A stretch of 59,330 nt of DNA, counting the filler. It is 3 parts of 3 records of this genome, joined end to end, with 100 filler letters (N's around TTAATTAATTAA, not from the genome) between each part and the next. Parts side by side here need not be neighbours in the genome. Positions count along the whole stretch, not along the records: positions 47,860 to 59,330 come from DRR378314_785; 2 more parts are not named here. One strand, given 5' to 3'. This document shows, piece after piece, positions 58,269 to 59,330 of the stretch (position 1 is its first letter; each line of letters starts with the position of its first letter). A program made the translations under genes and the position numbers. The notes below the pieces were generated by a model, which saw only the letters and a list, made by a program, of their open reading frames with translations, had not been told where the DNA came from and ran no database searches.

Positions 58269-59330
58269 ATGACAAACTACGTACATCAGCCGCTCTTTAT
58301 GACCGGCGACGAATTCTCAATGGCTACCTTCAGCCTGCTCGACCCAGAGGGCGAGCTTTACGAAGGTGCTAAAGAGCCAGACCTACCGCGTGATCATGCC
58401 AGACGGCTCTATCAAGCCATGCTGGCCACCCGTATCCTAGATGAGCGCATGATGGCTGCCCAACGCCAGGGGCGGCTCAGTTTCTATATGCAAAGCACGG
58501 GTGAAGAAGCCGCCGTTGTTGGTGCTGCTGCTGCACTAGACGATGCCGATATGATCATGGCGCAATACCGCGAGCAAGGCGCATTAATGTACCGCGGGTT
58601 CTCCATTGACGAGTTTATGAATCAGCTATTTGGCAACGAGCTCGACTACGGTAAAGGCCGCCAAATGCCGATTCATTATGGATCACGCAAGCTGCACTAC
58701 ATGACCATCTCTTCTCCGCTTGCAACGCAAATCCCCCAGGCGACAGGCTACGCATACGGTCAGAAATTAGCGGGTGATGGGCATTGCACCTTAACGTTTT
58801 TCGGTGAGGGTGCGGCATCAGAAGGTGATTTCCACGCCGCGCTGAATATGGCGTCAGTCCATCAAGTACCGGTGATTTTTTTCTGCCGCAACAATGGCTA
58901 TGCCATTTCGACGCCATCAAGCGAGCAGTTTGCAGCGGATGGCATTGCCCCCAGGGCGTTTGGCTATCATATGCATGTGATACGCGTTGACGGGAACGAT
59001 GCACTGGCGGTTTATGAAGCGACACGCCAAGCGCGTCAGATTGCCGTTGAACAAAACAAGCCGGTGCTGATTGAAGCCATGTCTTACCGTCTTGCTGCTC
59101 ACTCCTCCTCAGACGACCCATCCGGCTATCGTGCCAAAAGTGAAGAAGAAGCATGGCGGTTAAAAGACCCCATACTGCGCATGCAGAAATGGCTGCTGAA
59201 AAAAGGCTGGTGGAGCGAGGAGGAGGAAACCAGCCAGCAGGAAATGTTGCGCCGCGAAGTGCTGGATACCTTGAAACGGGCAGAAAAGCGTTCACCCCCA
59301 CCGCTGGAGTCGCTGATTACTGATGTCTAT
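58269..59330 (+). CDS. bkdA1: Branched-chain 2-oxo-acid dehydrogenase E1 alpha subunit, 3'-truncated (absent from the ORF track)
   Basis: AAGGA RBS at 58256-58260. Manual translation gives MTNYVHQP...AQRQGRLSFYM...GEEA...QMPIHYG...FGEGAASEGDFHAALN...CRNNGYAIST...HSSSDD, i.e. a TPP-binding motif. Confidence 0.92.
   Translation, partial: MTNYVHQPLFMTGDEFSMATFSLLDPEGELYEGAKEPDLPRDHARRLYQAMLATRILDERMMAAQRQGRLSFYMQSTGEEAAVVGAAAALDDADMIMAQYREQGALMYRGFSIDEFMNQLFGNELDYGKGRQMPIHYGSRKLHYMTISSPLATQIPQATGYAYGQKLAGDGHCTLTFFGEGAASEGDFHAALNMASVHQVPVIFFCRNNGYAISTPSSEQFAADGIAPRAFGYHMHVIRVDGNDALAVYEATRQARQIAVEQNKPVLIEAMSYRLAAHSSSDDPSGYRAKSEEEAWRLKDPILRMQKWLLKKGWWSEEEETSQQEMLRREVLDTLKRAEKRSPPPLESLITDVY

Noticed and set aside
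58615..59301. 228-aa minus-strand ORF
   Set aside because: Antisense shadow of the real E1-alpha gene on the plus strand.

Overview
The window is three unrelated contigs joined by two artificial 100-nt spacers (44 N + TTAATTAATTAA + 44 N, at 28158-28257 and 47760-47859). Contig A (1-28157) is Flavobacteriaceae-like. It carries a partial tRNA-Ser, TauE, a kdnA-like transaminase, ribB with a dead GCHII domain, LptF/G with an unusual AT-rich C-terminal extension, lolA, ftsK, dgkA, tpx, a peroxiredoxin-thioredoxin-small protein operon, nhaC, methionine gamma-lyase with a divergent Lrp, lpdA, pabB, tilS, dsbD, a penicillin acylase and a truncated comM/yifB. Contig B (28258-47759) is also Flavobacteriaceae-like, probably from a second genome. 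It carries a TonB-dependent receptor, a four-gene HPS-like/Zn-dehydrogenase/SDR/TIM-barrel operon with no PHI, ggt, acpH, glmM, a T9SS substrate-porP-porE cassette, a lipid A acyltransferase and a rhomboid. Contig C (47860-59330) is Gammaproteobacterial (Halomonadaceae-like): ppiD, lpxH, ppiB, glnS, cysS, an osmoprotectant ABC operon, and a 2-oxo-acid dehydrogenase E1-alpha that the ORF track missed. The two most interesting signals are (i) the PHI-less HPS-family operon, possibly an uncharacterised sugar or formaldehyde pathway, and (ii) intergenic mosaics of short-period repeat modules and REP-like palindromes in both Bacteroidota contigs. The latter include a ~20-nt palindrome (CCTGCCGGTAGG core) inserted precisely inside other palindromic repeats three times. 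Family and taxon assignments are from motif recognition only; no database searches were run.
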